This document shows positions 31,261 through 40,752 of a stretch of 64,000 nucleotides of DNA, one piece after another. The position numbers and the translations under genes are program-made. Location: NCBI GenBank assembly GCA_036280195.1, contig DASURF010000022.1:3161-67160 (forward strand), in the 5' to 3' direction. Numbering within the stretch: position 1 is the first letter of the stretch; every line of letters starts with the position of its first letter. The stretch comes from Solirubrobacterales bacterium (GTDB lineage Bacteria > Actinomycetota > Thermoleophilia > Solirubrobacterales > 70-9). The notes under the pieces are model-generated. The model had not been told where the DNA came from. It searched no databases and saw only the letters and a list, made by a program, of their open reading frames with translations.

Positions 31261-32667
31261 ATGGGCAAGGCCGCCTCCAAGCACGCGGACAAAGCCGCCG
31301 ACGTGCTGGCGATCTTCGGGATCAGCGGCGACCTGGCGAAGAAAATGACCTTCCGGGCGCTGTACCGGCTGGAGGAGCGCGGCAAGCTCGACTGCCCGAT
31401 CGTCGGCGTCGCGATCGACGAGTGGGACGACGAGCAGCTGCGCGCCCACGCCCGCGACGCGATCGGCGCCACCGTCGGCGACCCCGACGAGGACGTCTTC
31501 GCCCGGCTGGCGGGGCGGCTCTCCTACGTCCAGGGCGACTACGCCGACCCCGACACCTTCGCCCGCGTCGGCGAAGCGCTCGGCAACGCCGAGCAGCCGG
31601 TCTTCTACCTGGAGATCCCGCCCTCGCTGTTCGCCACCGTCGTCCAGGGCCTGGGCAGGGCGGGGCTGACCGAGAACGCGCACGTGGTGATCGAGAAGCC
31701 CTTCGGTCACGACCTCGAATCGGCCCGCGCGCTGAACGCCGAGCTCTGCTCGGTCCTCAGCGAGGACCAGATCCTCCGCATCGACCACTACCTCGGCAAG
31801 GAGCCGGTGCTGGACATCACCTACCTGCGCTTCGCCAACGCGCTGCTGGAGCCGGTCTGGAACCGCGAGCACGTCTCCCAGGTGCAGATGACGATCGCCG
31901 AGAACTTCGGGGTCGAGGACCGGGGGCGCTTCTACGACGCGGTCGGGGCGATGCGCGACGTGATCCAGAACCACGCCCTGCAGGTGCTCGGCCTCGTCGG
32001 CATGGAGCCGCCGTCCGGCAACCACCCCGACAGCGTCCGCGACAAGAAGCTCGAGTTCTTCAAGGCGATGCGGGCGGCGGACCCGAAGCGCTACGTGCGC
32101 GGCCAGTACGAGGGCTACCTCGAGGTCGAGGACGTGGCGCCGGACTCGCAGATGGAGACCTTCGCCGCGGTCGAGCTCGAGGTCGACAACTGGCGCTGGG
32201 CCGGGGTGCCGTTCTTCGTCCGCGCCGGCAAGTGCCTGCCGGTGAAGGCGAGTGAGGTGACGGTCTTCTTCAAGCGCCCGCCGCAGCTCGGCATCGGCCA
32301 CGGCAAGACGCCGGAACCGAACCAGGTGACGATCCGGATCGAGCCGAAGCCGGGGGCACGGATCCGCCTCTACGCCAAGCAGGCGGGCGAGGAGGCCTTC
32401 CAGACCACCGACCTCGCGGTGCTCTTCGAGAAGGTCCCGGGCGAGGACCCGGAGCCTTACGAGCGCCTGCTCGGCGACGCGATCGCCGGCGAGCACCAGC
32501 TCTTCACCCGCCAGAGCGCGATCGAAGAGACCTGGCGCGTGGTGCAGCCGCTGCTCGACGAACCGGGTCCGGTTCGCGCTTACGAGCAGGGAAGTTGGGG
32601 ACCGCAGGAGGCAGGCGACCTGCTCCGCGGCACCGGCCAGTGGGCCAAGCCCTGGCTGCCTGAGTAG
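31261..32667 (+). CDS. zwf: glucose-6-phosphate 1-dehydrogenase
   Basis: Motifs [19 protein letters not shown] and QNH. The ATG at 31261 gives 468 aa. Confidence 0.9.
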   Translation: MGKAASKHADKAADVLAIFGISGDLAKKMTFRALYRLEERGKLDCPIVGVAIDEWDDEQLRAHARDAIGATVGDPDEDVFARLAGRLSYVQGDYADPDTFARVGEALGNAEQPVFYLEIPPSLFATVVQGLGRAGLTENAHVVIEKPFGHDLESARALNAELCSVLSEDQILRIDHYLGKEPVLDITYLRFANALLEPVWNREHVSQVQMTIAENFGVEDRGRFYDAVGAMRDVIQNHALQVLGLVGMEPPSGNHPDSVRDKKLEFFKAMRAADPKRYVRGQYEGYLEVEDVAPDSQMETFAAVELEVDNWRWAGVPFFVRAGKCLPVKASEVTVFFKRPPQLGIGHGKTPEPNQVTIRIEPKPGARIRLYAKQAGEEAFQTTDLAVLFEKVPGEDPEPYERLLGDAIAGEHQLFTRQSAIEETWRVVQPLLDEPGPVRAYEQGSWGPQEAGDLLRGTGQWAKPWLPE

Positions 32668-32684
32668 GCGTCCCCACCTCAATC

Positions 32685-32706
32685 CCTAGCGTCCTGCTAG
32701 GTTTTC
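32685..32706 (+). terminator. possible zwf terminator: CCTAGC-GTCCT-GCTAGG followed by TTTT
   Basis: Short 6-bp stem plus T-run, 18 nt after the zwf stop. Confidence 0.35.
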
Positions 32707-32711
32707 GGGCG

Positions 32712-32736
32712 CCCTAATTAGGGTGGCCTAATACCA
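32712..32736. promoter_or_regulatory. AT-rich palindrome CCCTAATTAGGG plus TTAGG-type half-sites (IdeR/DtxR iron-box-like) abutting the efeB start
   Basis: TTAGGGTGGCCTAATACCA compared with my memory of the iron-box consensus TTAGGTTAGGCTAACCTAA gives about 11-12 of 19 matches. It sits directly before an iron-uptake gene. Confidence 0.25.
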
Positions 32737-32737
32737 G

Positions 32738-33991
32738 TTGCCAGGAACCCCCTTGCCTCCGATCCCTGCACTCACCCGCCGCCGCCTGCTGGCATCTGCC
32801 GGCGTGGGCGCAGCCGGGCTGAGTCTCGGGGGCGGGGGGCTCCTGGCGGGCCGCCGACCGGCCGAGGCGAGCGAAGACGGCACCGGCAGCGTCGACTTCT
32901 ACGGCGAGCACCAGGCGGGCATCGGGACGGCTGCCCAGGACCGTCTCCACTTCGCCGCCTTCGACCTCCTCGGCGAAGACCGGGCGGAGCTGCGCGAGCT
33001 GATGCGCGAGTGGACCGTGGCGGCCTCGGAAGCGACGGCGGGCGAGATGGTCGGCAACGTCAACCACGTGCCGCTGGCGCCACCCGCGGACACCGGCGAG
33101 ACCGTCGGCCTCCTCCCCTCCCGCCTCACCGTCACCTTCGGCTTCGGCCCGAGCCTGTTCGAGAAGCCGGGCCTGGGGCTGCGCGACAAGCGCCCGCCGG
33201 CGCTGCAGCCGCTGCCGCCGCTGCCCGCCGACGAGCTGAACCCGGCCGAAAGCGGCGGCGACATCTGCGTCCAGGCCTGCTCCGACGATCCCCAGGTCGC
33301 CTTCCACGCGATCCGCAACCTGGCCCGGATCGGCCGCGGCACGGTGGCGATGCGCTGGAGCCAGCTCGGCTTCGGCCGCACCGCCAGCACCAGCCACAGC
33401 CAGGAGACGCCGCGCAACCTGATGGGGATGAAGGACGGCACCGCCAACATCCGCGCCGAGGACACCGAGGCGATGGACGAGTTCGTCTGGGTCGGCGGCG
33501 AGGGTCCGGCCTGGATGCGCGGCGGCAGCTACCTGGTCGCGCGCCGGATCCGGATGCTGCTCGAGGTCTGGGACCGGGCCTCGCTGCAGGACCAGGAGCG
33601 GACGATCGGCCGCCACAAGTACAGCGGCGCCCCGCTCGGGGGGACGGACGAGTTCGAGCCGCTGCCGCTGGAGGAGGAGCGCAACGGCCACCCGGTGATC
33701 CCGATCGACGCCCACGTCCGCCTCGCCTCCGCCACGGAGAACGACGGCGCCCGCATCCTCCGCCGCGGCTACTCGTTCACCGACGGCGTCGACGAGAGCC
33801 TCGGCGAGCTCGAAGCCGGGCTCTTCTTCATCAGCTTCCAGCGCAACCCGGAGCAGTTCGTCGCGATCCAGCGCCGGCTCGGCTCCATGGACGCGCTCAA
33901 CGAGTACATCAAGCACGTCGGCAGCGCCCTCTTCGCCGTGCCCCCGGGGGCCACCCCCGGCGGCTACGTCGGCGAGGGGCTGCTGGCGTGA
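32738..33991 (+). CDS. efeB: Dyp-type peroxidase, Tat-exported (EfeB-like)
   Basis: Twin-arginine signal TRRRLLASAGVGAAGL. Dyp-like core includes the GMKDGTAN motif and a RRG.S/F region. Confidence 0.85.
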   Translation: MPGTPLPPIPALTRRRLLASAGVGAAGLSLGGGGLLAGRRPAEASEDGTGSVDFYGEHQAGIGTAAQDRLHFAAFDLLGEDRAELRELMREWTVAASEATAGEMVGNVNHVPLAPPADTGETVGLLPSRLTVTFGFGPSLFEKPGLGLRDKRPPALQPLPPLPADELNPAESGGDICVQACSDDPQVAFHAIRNLARIGRGTVAMRWSQLGFGRTASTSHSQETPRNLMGMKDGTANIRAEDTEAMDEFVWVGGEGPAWMRGGSYLVARRIRMLLEVWDRASLQDQERTIGRHKYSGAPLGGTDEFEPLPLEEERNGHPVIPIDAHVRLASATENDGARILRRGYSFTDGVDESLGELEAGLFFISFQRNPEQFVAIQRRLGSMDALNEYIKHVGSALFAVPPGATPGGYVGEGLLA

Positions 33992-34016
33992 GACCAAGGA
34001 AAGGAACCACCAGTCG

Positions 34017-35165
34017 ATGAACCGAACCCTCGTCCGAACCCTGCTCTGCGCCGGGGTGGTCGGGCTCCTCGCCCTCTTCGCCACCGCCTGCGGATCGAGC
34101 GACGATGAGACCACCAGCGGCAGCTCCGGCGACGCCGAGCAGCTTGCCTTCACCCTGAACGAGCACGGCTGCGACCCGGCTGACGCCGAGGCGGGCGCCG
34201 GCCCGATCACCTTCGAGGTCGAGAACGCCAGCTCCAACCCCGACCTGCACGAGCTCGAGGTCCTCGACGGGGAAACGGTGCTCGGCGAGACGCCGGACCT
34301 CAGCGAGGGGGACAGCGGCACCTTCACCCTCACCCTCGAGCAGGGCGAATACACCCTCCTCTGCCCCGGCAGCGACGGCGAGCCCGGCACGCTGACCGTG
34401 AGCGGCGAGCTGGAGACCGCGAACAGCCCCGAGGTCGACGCGGCGATCGACGACTACCGCTCCTACCTGGAGGAAAACACCGCCGAGCTGGTCTCCGCGA
34501 CCGAACCGTTCGTCGCCGCGGTGGTCGCCGGGGACGTCGCCAGGGCGAAATCCCTCTACGCCGCCGCCCGCATCCCCTACGAGCGGATCGAGCCGGTCGC
34601 CGAGTCCTTCGGCAGCCTCGACCCGAAGATCGACGCGCGTGAAAACGACGTGCCGGCGAGCGAATTCGAAGGCTTCCACCGGATCGAGAAAGCGCTCTGG
34701 GAAGAAGGCACGGCCAAGGGCATGGCGCCCGTCGCCGAACAGCTCATGGCCGACGTCGAAGAACTGGCGCAGAAGGTGAAGACCGTCGAACTGCAGGCGG
34801 TGCAGATCGCCAACGGCGCCAACGAGCTGCTCGGTGAGGTCTCGGCTTCGAAGATCACCGGCGAGGAGGAGCGCTACTCGCACATCGACCTGGTCGACTT
34901 CGAGGCCAACGTCGAAGGGTCGGAGGCGGCCTTCGAAGCGGTGAAGCCCTTGCTTGACGAATCCGATGCCGACCTTTCGGGGGAGATCGAAGCGGACTTC
35001 AAGATGGTCTTCGACTCGCTGGAGCCGTACCGGACCGAAGGCGGGTTCGTGAGCTACACCGAGTTGACGAAGGCGGATACCAAGAAGCTGGCGGTTGGGA
35101 TCGACACGTTGGCGGAGAAGTTGAGTCTGGTGCCGGCGGCTATTGCGCAGGCGGAACACGGGTAG
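34017..35165 (+). CDS. efeO: EfeO/EfeM-family iron-uptake lipoprotein (cupredoxin + M75-like domain)
   Basis: Lipobox LFATAC. N-terminal cupredoxin-like segment and a C-terminal imelysin-like segment (HRIEKALW). It follows efeB. Confidence 0.8.
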   Translation: MNRTLVRTLLCAGVVGLLALFATACGSSDDETTSGSSGDAEQLAFTLNEHGCDPADAEAGAGPITFEVENASSNPDLHELEVLDGETVLGETPDLSEGDSGTFTLTLEQGEYTLLCPGSDGEPGTLTVSGELETANSPEVDAAIDDYRSYLEENTAELVSATEPFVAAVVAGDVARAKSLYAAARIPYERIEPVAESFGSLDPKIDARENDVPASEFEGFHRIEKALWEEGTAKGMAPVAEQLMADVEELAQKVKTVELQAVQIANGANELLGEVSASKITGEEERYSHIDLVDFEANVEGSEAAFEAVKPLLDESDADLSGEIEADFKMVFDSLEPYRTEGGFVSYTELTKADTKKLAVGIDTLAEKLSLVPAAIAQAEHG

Positions 35166-35181
35166 GGCGGGGTTTGCCGGC

Positions 35182-35274
35182 TAGGGACCATGGTCTCTGG
35201 CCGGCGGGTCCTGTCTCCGATATTGGGCTCTCCCTAGCGGGAGAGTCCTCAATATCGTCGCCACCCGCCGGAGA
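35182..35274 (+). repeat. copy 1 of a ~95-nt imperfect-palindrome repeat family (sense with recQ)
   Basis: TAGGGACCATGGTCTCTGGCCGGCGGGTCCTGTCTCCGATATTGGGCTCTCCCTAGCGGGAGAGTCCTCAATATCGTCGCCACCCGCCGGAG. It aligns end to end with the copies at 41542 and 49672. Confidence 0.85.
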
Positions 35275-35281
35275 AGTGCCT

Positions 35282-36847
35282 ATGGTGGCCGGTCCGATGG
35301 CCGGAGAGGAGAAAAAGGCTGACGAGCTACTAGGCGTCCTTGGCTACCGCGAATGGCGGGCGGGTCAAAGGGAGGCGGTTGTCGCTGCCCTTGAAGGGCG
35401 GGATTCGTTGATCGTCATGCCTACGGGCGGGGGGAAGAGCCTCTGTTATCAGCTGCCTGGGCTTGCTTCTGAGGAGTTGACGATTGTTGTCAGTCCTCTG
35501 ATCGCTCTGATGCGGGATCAGTGGGGGAAGCTGAGCTCGCAGGGGCACCGGGTGGCGATGATCACCTCGGGGATGGAGGACTGGGAGGTCTCCGAGGCGT
35601 TGGAGATGGTGCGGGGGGATGCGCGGATCGTCTACTGCGCGCCGGAGCGGTTCGGGTCGCAGGTGTTTCTCGACGCGCTCGCCCAGCGCGAGGTCGACCT
35701 CGTCGCGGTCGACGAGGCGCACTGCGTCTCGGAGTGGGGGCACGACTTCCGCCCTGACTACCTGCGCCTGCCCGAGGTCGTCCAGCGGCTGGGCCGGCCG
35801 ACGGTGATGGCCTGCACGGCGACGGCGACGGTGCCGGTCGCGCGCGAGATCGCCACCCGCTTCGAGATGCGCGAGCCCCTGCAGGTGCGCGCCGGCTTTG
35901 ACCGGCCGAACCTCTCCTTCGACGTCGTCGCGCTCGAGGGCAAGGGCTCGCAGGCGCGGCGGCAGGCGCTGCTGGAGACGGGGCTGGGCGACGCGGCCAA
36001 CCTGCCGGCGATCGTCTACTGCGGCACCCGCAAGCAGACCGAAGAGGTTGCCGCCGAGCTGCGCGACGAAGGAATCGCCGCGGTCGCCTACCATGCCGGG
36101 CTCGAACCGGCCCACCGGACGGCGATCCAGGAGCGCTTCATGGCCACCGACAGCGGCGTCATCTGCGCCACCAACGCCTTCGGCATGGGCGTCGACAAGC
36201 CAGACGTGCGCTCGGTCTGGCACATGACGATCCCGACCAGCGTCGAGGCCTACTACCAGGAGGCGGGCCGCGCCGGGCGCGACGGCCTCCCTTCCCGGGC
36301 GGTGATGCTGGCGCTGAAAGCCGACCTCGGCCGCCTCGTCCGCTTCAACGAACAGCGCGCCGGCGACCCGGACCTGGCGATCGCCCGCGAGCGCGGCTGG
36401 CGCGCCTACCACGCGATCAAGGACTTCATCTACGGCAGGGAGTGCCGCCGCCGCGCCCTCCTCGACCACTTCTCCGACCGCACCGCGGGGGCGCCGCTGG
36501 AGCGCTGCTGCGACGTCTGCGACATGCTCGACTGGCTGCCCGACCCGGACACGATCGCGGTCCGCAAGTCGGCGCGGGCGAAGGCTCCGGCGACGCCCGC
36601 TCCCGACCTCGGCCCGGCCGATGCACCCCTCTTCGAGGCGCTGAAAGCCTGGCGACTGGGCGCTGCTGTCGGCAAGCCCGCCTACACCGTCGCCAGCAAC
36701 AAAACCCTGACCGCGATCGCCACCGCCCGCCCGCACGACGAGGACTCGCTGCTGGCGATCAGCGGCGTCGGCCCCGCCTTCATCGAAAAGTACGCCCCCG
36801 AAGTCCTGGCGATCGTCGCCGAGCACGCCCAGCCGCTCGCCGCCTAG
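35282..36847 (+). CDS. recQ: ATP-dependent DNA helicase RecQ
   Basis: Motifs GYREWRAGQ, PTGGGKSLCYQLP, DEAHCVSEWGHDFRPDY, TATAT and QE.GRAGRDG. A Zn-binding Cys cluster and a C-terminal HRDC domain are present. Confidence 0.9.
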   Translation: MVAGPMAGEEKKADELLGVLGYREWRAGQREAVVAALEGRDSLIVMPTGGGKSLCYQLPGLASEELTIVVSPLIALMRDQWGKLSSQGHRVAMITSGMEDWEVSEALEMVRGDARIVYCAPERFGSQVFLDALAQREVDLVAVDEAHCVSEWGHDFRPDYLRLPEVVQRLGRPTVMACTATATVPVAREIATRFEMREPLQVRAGFDRPNLSFDVVALEGKGSQARRQALLETGLGDAANLPAIVYCGTRKQTEEVAAELRDEGIAAVAYHAGLEPAHRTAIQERFMATDSGVICATNAFGMGVDKPDVRSVWHMTIPTSVEAYYQEAGRAGRDGLPSRAVMLALKADLGRLVRFNEQRAGDPDLAIARERGWRAYHAIKDFIYGRECRRRALLDHFSDRTAGAPLERCCDVCDMLDWLPDPDTIAVRKSARAKAPATPAPDLGPADAPLFEALKAWRLGAAVGKPAYTVASNKTLTAIATARPHDEDSLLAISGVGPAFIEKYAPEVLAIVAEHAQPLAA

Positions 36848-36913
36848 CCGGGAGCGCAACTGCGGTTGCAGGCCCTCGGCTCACGTCGGGGCCAACCCTT
36901 GCCGCTTGCCACC

Positions 36914-38005
36914 ATGGACCGCTCGGTGCCCGGCCCGCTGAAGTCCCGTGCCGCACTTGCGGTTGCCCTTTGCAGCGCTCTCGCGCTGCTGCTGCTCGCT
37001 GCGCCCGTCGCCTCCGCCGGCGGTCTCCTCAAGCCGCCCGGCAAGAAGGTCTACTGGGGCGTCTCCGACACCGGCGACCCGGCCGACTTCGGCCAGTTCG
37101 CCGACGTGCTCAACAAGCACCCCGCGGTGATGCAGTCGTTCCGCACCTGGGGGACCGACTTCGACGAGGTGATCCGGCGCTGGCAGATCGCCAACGCGCG
37201 GCCGATGATCCACATCTCCACCGCCGACAACAACAGCGGTGCCGAGCTGATCACCCCCGCGCAGATCGCCGCCGGGGCCGGCGACGAGTACCTGGTCCGG
37301 CTCAACAAGCTCTTCGTCAACAAGAAGATGAAGGCCTACGTGCGGCCGCTGGGCGAGCCCAACCGCTGCCTCAACGTCTGGGCCGCCTACGACTGCTCGG
37401 GCGCCTCGCGCGGTCCCGAGCACAGCCCGCGCGCCTACAAACGCGCCTTCCGCCGCATCTACGTGATCGTCCACGGCGGCGGCAAGGCGGGGAAGATCAA
37501 CCAGCGCCTGGCCGAAGCCGGACTGCCGCCGCTGAGCGTCGACGTGCCGGGCCTGGCGAAGGCGCCGATCGCGATCGTCTGGAGCCCCCTCCCCTCCGGC
37601 TCGCCGACCGTCCCCCACAACCGGCCGCGCCACTTCTACCCCGGCTCGCGCTGGACCGACTGGGCCGGGACCGACTTCTACGCCGGCTACCCGGAATGGA
37701 AGAGCCTGACCGGGCTCTACCGGCGCTTCTCCGGCAAGCCCTTCGCGATCACCGAGTGGGCGCTGGAAAGCAGCGACGACCCGGCCTTCGTCAGCAAGCT
37801 GTTCGCCTGGGTGCGCAGCCATCCGCGGACCAAGATGCTCGTCTACTACCAGGACTTCGGCAGCACCAGCAGCTACCGGATCCAGAACTACTCGACCGCG
37901 CTCAACGTCCTGCGCGCCCGCCTCCACTCCGGCCGCTTCCCCTCTTACGCGCCGGGCGCGCCTCAGCTACCGCCGCCACCCCCCGGTGGGGTTGGAGCGC
38001 CGTGA
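36914..38005 (+). CDS. secreted protein, possibly GH26-like glycoside hydrolase
   Basis: Signal peptide ...ALALLLLAAPVASAGG. Weak GH26-like strings are RPLGEPN and FAITEW. The family assignment is tentative. Confidence 0.55.
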   Translation: MDRSVPGPLKSRAALAVALCSALALLLLAAPVASAGGLLKPPGKKVYWGVSDTGDPADFGQFADVLNKHPAVMQSFRTWGTDFDEVIRRWQIANARPMIHISTADNNSGAELITPAQIAAGAGDEYLVRLNKLFVNKKMKAYVRPLGEPNRCLNVWAAYDCSGASRGPEHSPRAYKRAFRRIYVIVHGGGKAGKINQRLAEAGLPPLSVDVPGLAKAPIAIVWSPLPSGSPTVPHNRPRHFYPGSRWTDWAGTDFYAGYPEWKSLTGLYRRFSGKPFAITEWALESSDDPAFVSKLFAWVRSHPRTKMLVYYQDFGSTSSYRIQNYSTALNVLRARLHSGRFPSYAPGAPQLPPPPPGGVGAP

Positions 38006-39293
38006 TGCTCGAGTAGCCGGTGAGGTAGATCCGGCGCCCGTCGGAGATCACCGGCGTGTAAGTCCCCCTCGGGTAGCGGAAGACCCGCCGCCCGCTCCTC
38101 ATCATGAAGCCGCTGGTCGTCTTGTTGGTGAACTCGGCGACGTAGACGATGTCACCGATCGCCGAGAGCGAGCCGATCACCTGGCCGCCGGCCGAACGGC
38201 TCCAGCGCACGCTGCCGTCCTTGGCGTCGAGCGCGTAGACGTTGCCGTCGAAGGAGCCGATGTAGACGGTCGGCGGGCTGTGGCGGGTGTTGGCGACGGT
38301 CGGGCCGGAGTAGGCGTAACCGCCGGTCGAGTAGGACCAGGCGAGGTCGCCGTTGGAGGTGTCGTAGCTGTAGACGCGGGCGTCGTTGTTGCCGGCGTAG
38401 ACGCGGCCGTAGGCGACTGCCGGGGTCGAGTAGAAGGCGCCGGAGCCGCCGAAGCCGGGGCCGAGCGAGCCGCTCTGCCAGACCAGCTCGCCGGTCTCGG
38501 CGTCGACCGCGTTCATGTAGCCGCCGTAGTCGCCGACGAAGAGCTTGCCGCCGTAGTAGGCGGGCGCGGCCTTGATCGCGCCGCCCAGCGGGGTCGACCA
38601 GCGCACCTGCCCTTTGCCGGTGCTCATCGCGAACAGTTCGCCGTTCTCGACGCCGAAGTAGATGGTGCGGTCGATGATCAGCGGCGAGGACTCGGCCCGG
38701 CCCGGCAGGTCGCGTTTCCAGATCACCCTGCCGGTTTTCGCGTCGAGCTTGACGATGTGGCCGGGGACCAGGTTGACGATGTAGAGCCGGTGGTTGTAAT
38801 AGGCCGGCGAGGAGGCGTTGAGGCGGCCGACCCGCCGTTTCCAGAGCTCTTTCCCGGTGTCGGCGTCGAGCGCGTAGGCGAAGCCGCTGTTGTTGACGAA
38901 GTAGAGCTTGCCCCCGACGTAGATCGGCGGGAACTCGAGCAGCGGCCGGTCGGTGAAGCGCCAGAGTTTGTCGAAGGGCGGCTTGATCCCTTTCACCGGC
39001 AGGTAGCGGGTGCGGGCGTTGTTGAAGCCGTAGACCGGCCAGTTGACGGTTTTCGGCTCCTTCGGCGGCGGCGGCTTCTGCGGCTTGAAGTGTTCGATCG
39101 CCTCCTGGTTGTGGACGTCGCCCGGGCGCTTCAGCTCCTGGTAGGCGACGAGGGCGCCGACCACCGCGACGAGGGCGCCGATGATCATCCCGATCGCCCA
39201 AGGCCGGTGATCGCGCCAGAGCCTGCGTGGGTGCAGCAGCAGCCGCAGGGGAGAGTCACGCAGGCGGCGGGCGGGTCGCCCGCCCTCAGCCAT
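37902..39293 (-). CDS. membrane-anchored PQQ-like (BamB-type) beta-propeller repeat protein
   Basis: One N-terminal TM helix (IIGALVAVVGALVAY), then repeated strands of type G.lyalDa.tG...W... A later start (MIIG, about 39188) is possible. Confidence 0.75.
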   Translation of the reverse strand: MAEGGRPARRLRDSPLRLLLHPRRLWRDHRPWAIGMIIGALVAVVGALVAYQELKRPGDVHNQEAIEHFKPQKPPPPKEPKTVNWPVYGFNNARTRYLPVKGIKPPFDKLWRFTDRPLLEFPPIYVGGKLYFVNNSGFAYALDADTGKELWKRRVGRLNASSPAYYNHRLYIVNLVPGHIVKLDAKTGRVIWKRDLPGRAESSPLIIDRTIYFGVENGELFAMSTGKGQVRWSTPLGGAIKAAPAYYGGKLFVGDYGGYMNAVDAETGELVWQSGSLGPGFGGSGAFYSTPAVAYGRVYAGNNDARVYSYDTSNGDLAWSYSTGGYAYSGPTVANTRHSPPTVYIGSFDGNVYALDAKDGSVRWSRSAGGQVIGSLSAIGDIVYVAEFTNKTTSGFMMRSGRRVFRYPRGTYTPVISDGRRIYLTGYSSITALQPHRGVAAVAEARPARKRGSGRSGGGRAGR

Positions 39294-39729
39294 TCGCGGC
39301 GCGGCGCTCGGACTCTTTCGCGACGCCGGCGATCAGGTCCCGGATCGCTTTCTTCAGGATCGCCATGAAGACGGGCCCGGAGAGCGGGATCGTCGGCGTC
39401 GTCTTCACCGCGTAGGTGAGCTCGGTGCCGGCGCCCGCCGCTTTCAGTTCGACGGTGCCGACGTGGTCGCGCACCGGCAGGCCGGAGAGGATCTTGTAGG
39501 AGAAGCGGGTGGGGCGCTCGTAGCCGATCACTTCCTCGCGCATCGGCGGCCCCGGCACGGCGCTGAGGACGCGGATCGCACCGAGCCCGTTCGGGGCCGG
39601 ATCGCCCTCGCGCTCGAGCTCGGCCTTGCGCAGGGACGTTATCTCCGTATAGCGGCGGTGGTCGGTGAGGACGTCGAAGACGACCTCGGGCGGCGCGGCC
39701 ACCTGGCGGACGTATCTGAAGCTCGCCAT
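39286..39729 (-). CDS. SRPBCC (polyketide cyclase/START-like) family protein
   Basis: 147 aa from the ATG at 39729. Pattern V.AP.E.VFDVLTD...Y is typical of this fold. Confidence 0.7.
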   Translation of the reverse strand: MASFRYVRQVAAPPEVVFDVLTDHRRYTEITSLRKAELEREGDPAPNGLGAIRVLSAVPGPPMREEVIGYERPTRFSYKILSGLPVRDHVGTVELKAAGAGTELTYAVKTTPTIPLSGPVFMAILKKAIRDLIAGVAKESERRAANG

Positions 39730-39740
39730 CGCCGGACAGG

Positions 39741-40739
39741 CTACGTCAGACGCCAGCGTTGCGGGTCGGTGCCCTCGACCGCCTCGACCTCGCCGCCGAT
39801 CGCCAAGTGGTCGAGGCAGGAGAGGACGATCTGCAGGGCCCAGGCGCTGGCGGGGGTGTTGACGTTCTCCGGGCCGATGATCAGGGCGACGATCTCGAAG
39901 GCGGTCTTCTCCCCCTCGGCGAGCGCCGCCCGCACTTTCCCCAGCAGCGAATCGACCTGGCGGCGGGACTCGGCGATCTTCGCCTCGGGGTCGCGAAAGG
40001 TGCGGCCGTGGCCGGGGAGGACGAGTTCCACGTCGAGGCCCTCGACCTGCTCCAGGCTGGAGAGGAATTCGCCGACGGGGTCGGGGCTGTGGCCGTAGTC
40101 GAAGAAGAGGACGGTGCGGCCGAGAAGGTGGTCGCCGGAGATCAGCAGCTTGCGCTCGGGCTGGTGGAGGACGACGTGGGACGGGGCGTGGCCCGGCGTC
40201 TCGTGCACCTGCCAGGTGCCGAGGTCGGTCTCCACCTCGACCCCCGGGACGAGCTCGCGGTCGGGCTCCTTGAGGACGTCGATCCCGGTTTCGTCGTCGC
40301 TGCGGGCCTCGCGGTAGCGCTCCAGCGAGGCCGGCGGCACGCCGCTCTGCCGCGCCACCTCGATCCGCGCCTCCAGCGCCGCCGCGGGGTCGTCGGCGAG
40401 CAGACGCACGTGCTCCCAGCGCGGGTGCATCCATAGCTCGCAGCCGGCCGCCTCGACGATCGAGCCGCCGAGCCCGTAGTGGTCGGTGTGGGAGTGGGTG
40501 CAGACGACGAGACGGACGTCCTCGATCCCGAAGCCCGCCTGGGTGAGGGCCAGGTCGAGCTGCCGCAGGCGGCCCTTGCCGCCCATCCCGGTGTCGAACA
40601 TGACGAGGCCGCCGTCGTGCTCTACCGCCCAGGCGTTGCCGTGCGGGACTCCCGGCCAGGGCAGCGGCAACCGCAGTCGCCAGATGCCTGGAAGAACGCG
40701 TTCGGTCCGGGGCGCCTCGGCTTTTCCCGCACTGGCCAC
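39741..40739 (-). CDS. MBL-fold metallo-hydrolase
   Basis: Motifs HSHTDHYG (HxHxDH), GHAPSH and LPGHG. Confidence 0.8.
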   Translation of the reverse strand: MASAGKAEAPRTERVLPGIWRLRLPLPWPGVPHGNAWAVEHDGGLVMFDTGMGGKGRLRQLDLALTQAGFGIEDVRLVVCTHSHTDHYGLGGSIVEAAGCELWMHPRWEHVRLLADDPAAALEARIEVARQSGVPPASLERYREARSDDETGIDVLKEPDRELVPGVEVETDLGTWQVHETPGHAPSHVVLHQPERKLLISGDHLLGRTVLFFDYGHSPDPVGEFLSSLEQVEGLDVELVLPGHGRTFRDPEAKIAESRRQVDSLLGKVRAALAEGEKTAFEIVALIIGPENVNTPASAWALQIVLSCLDHLAIGGEVEAVEGTDPQRWRLT

Positions 40740-40752
40740 GCAGCCAATCCTT

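Noticed and set aside
30189-31472. 427-aa version of the gnd ORF
   Set aside because: The Rossmann N-terminus [12 protein letters not shown] with RBS GGAGGA starts at 31205. The upstream 89 codons are Ser/Ala-rich and overlap the zwf start region.
35174-35281. RecQ N-terminal extension (TTG 35174) reading through repeat copy 1
   Set aside because: RecQ homology begins about 15 aa after the ATG at 35282/35297. The extension consists only of the repeat-encoded peptide and starts 9 nt after the efeO stop. Translation through the element cannot be excluded, however.
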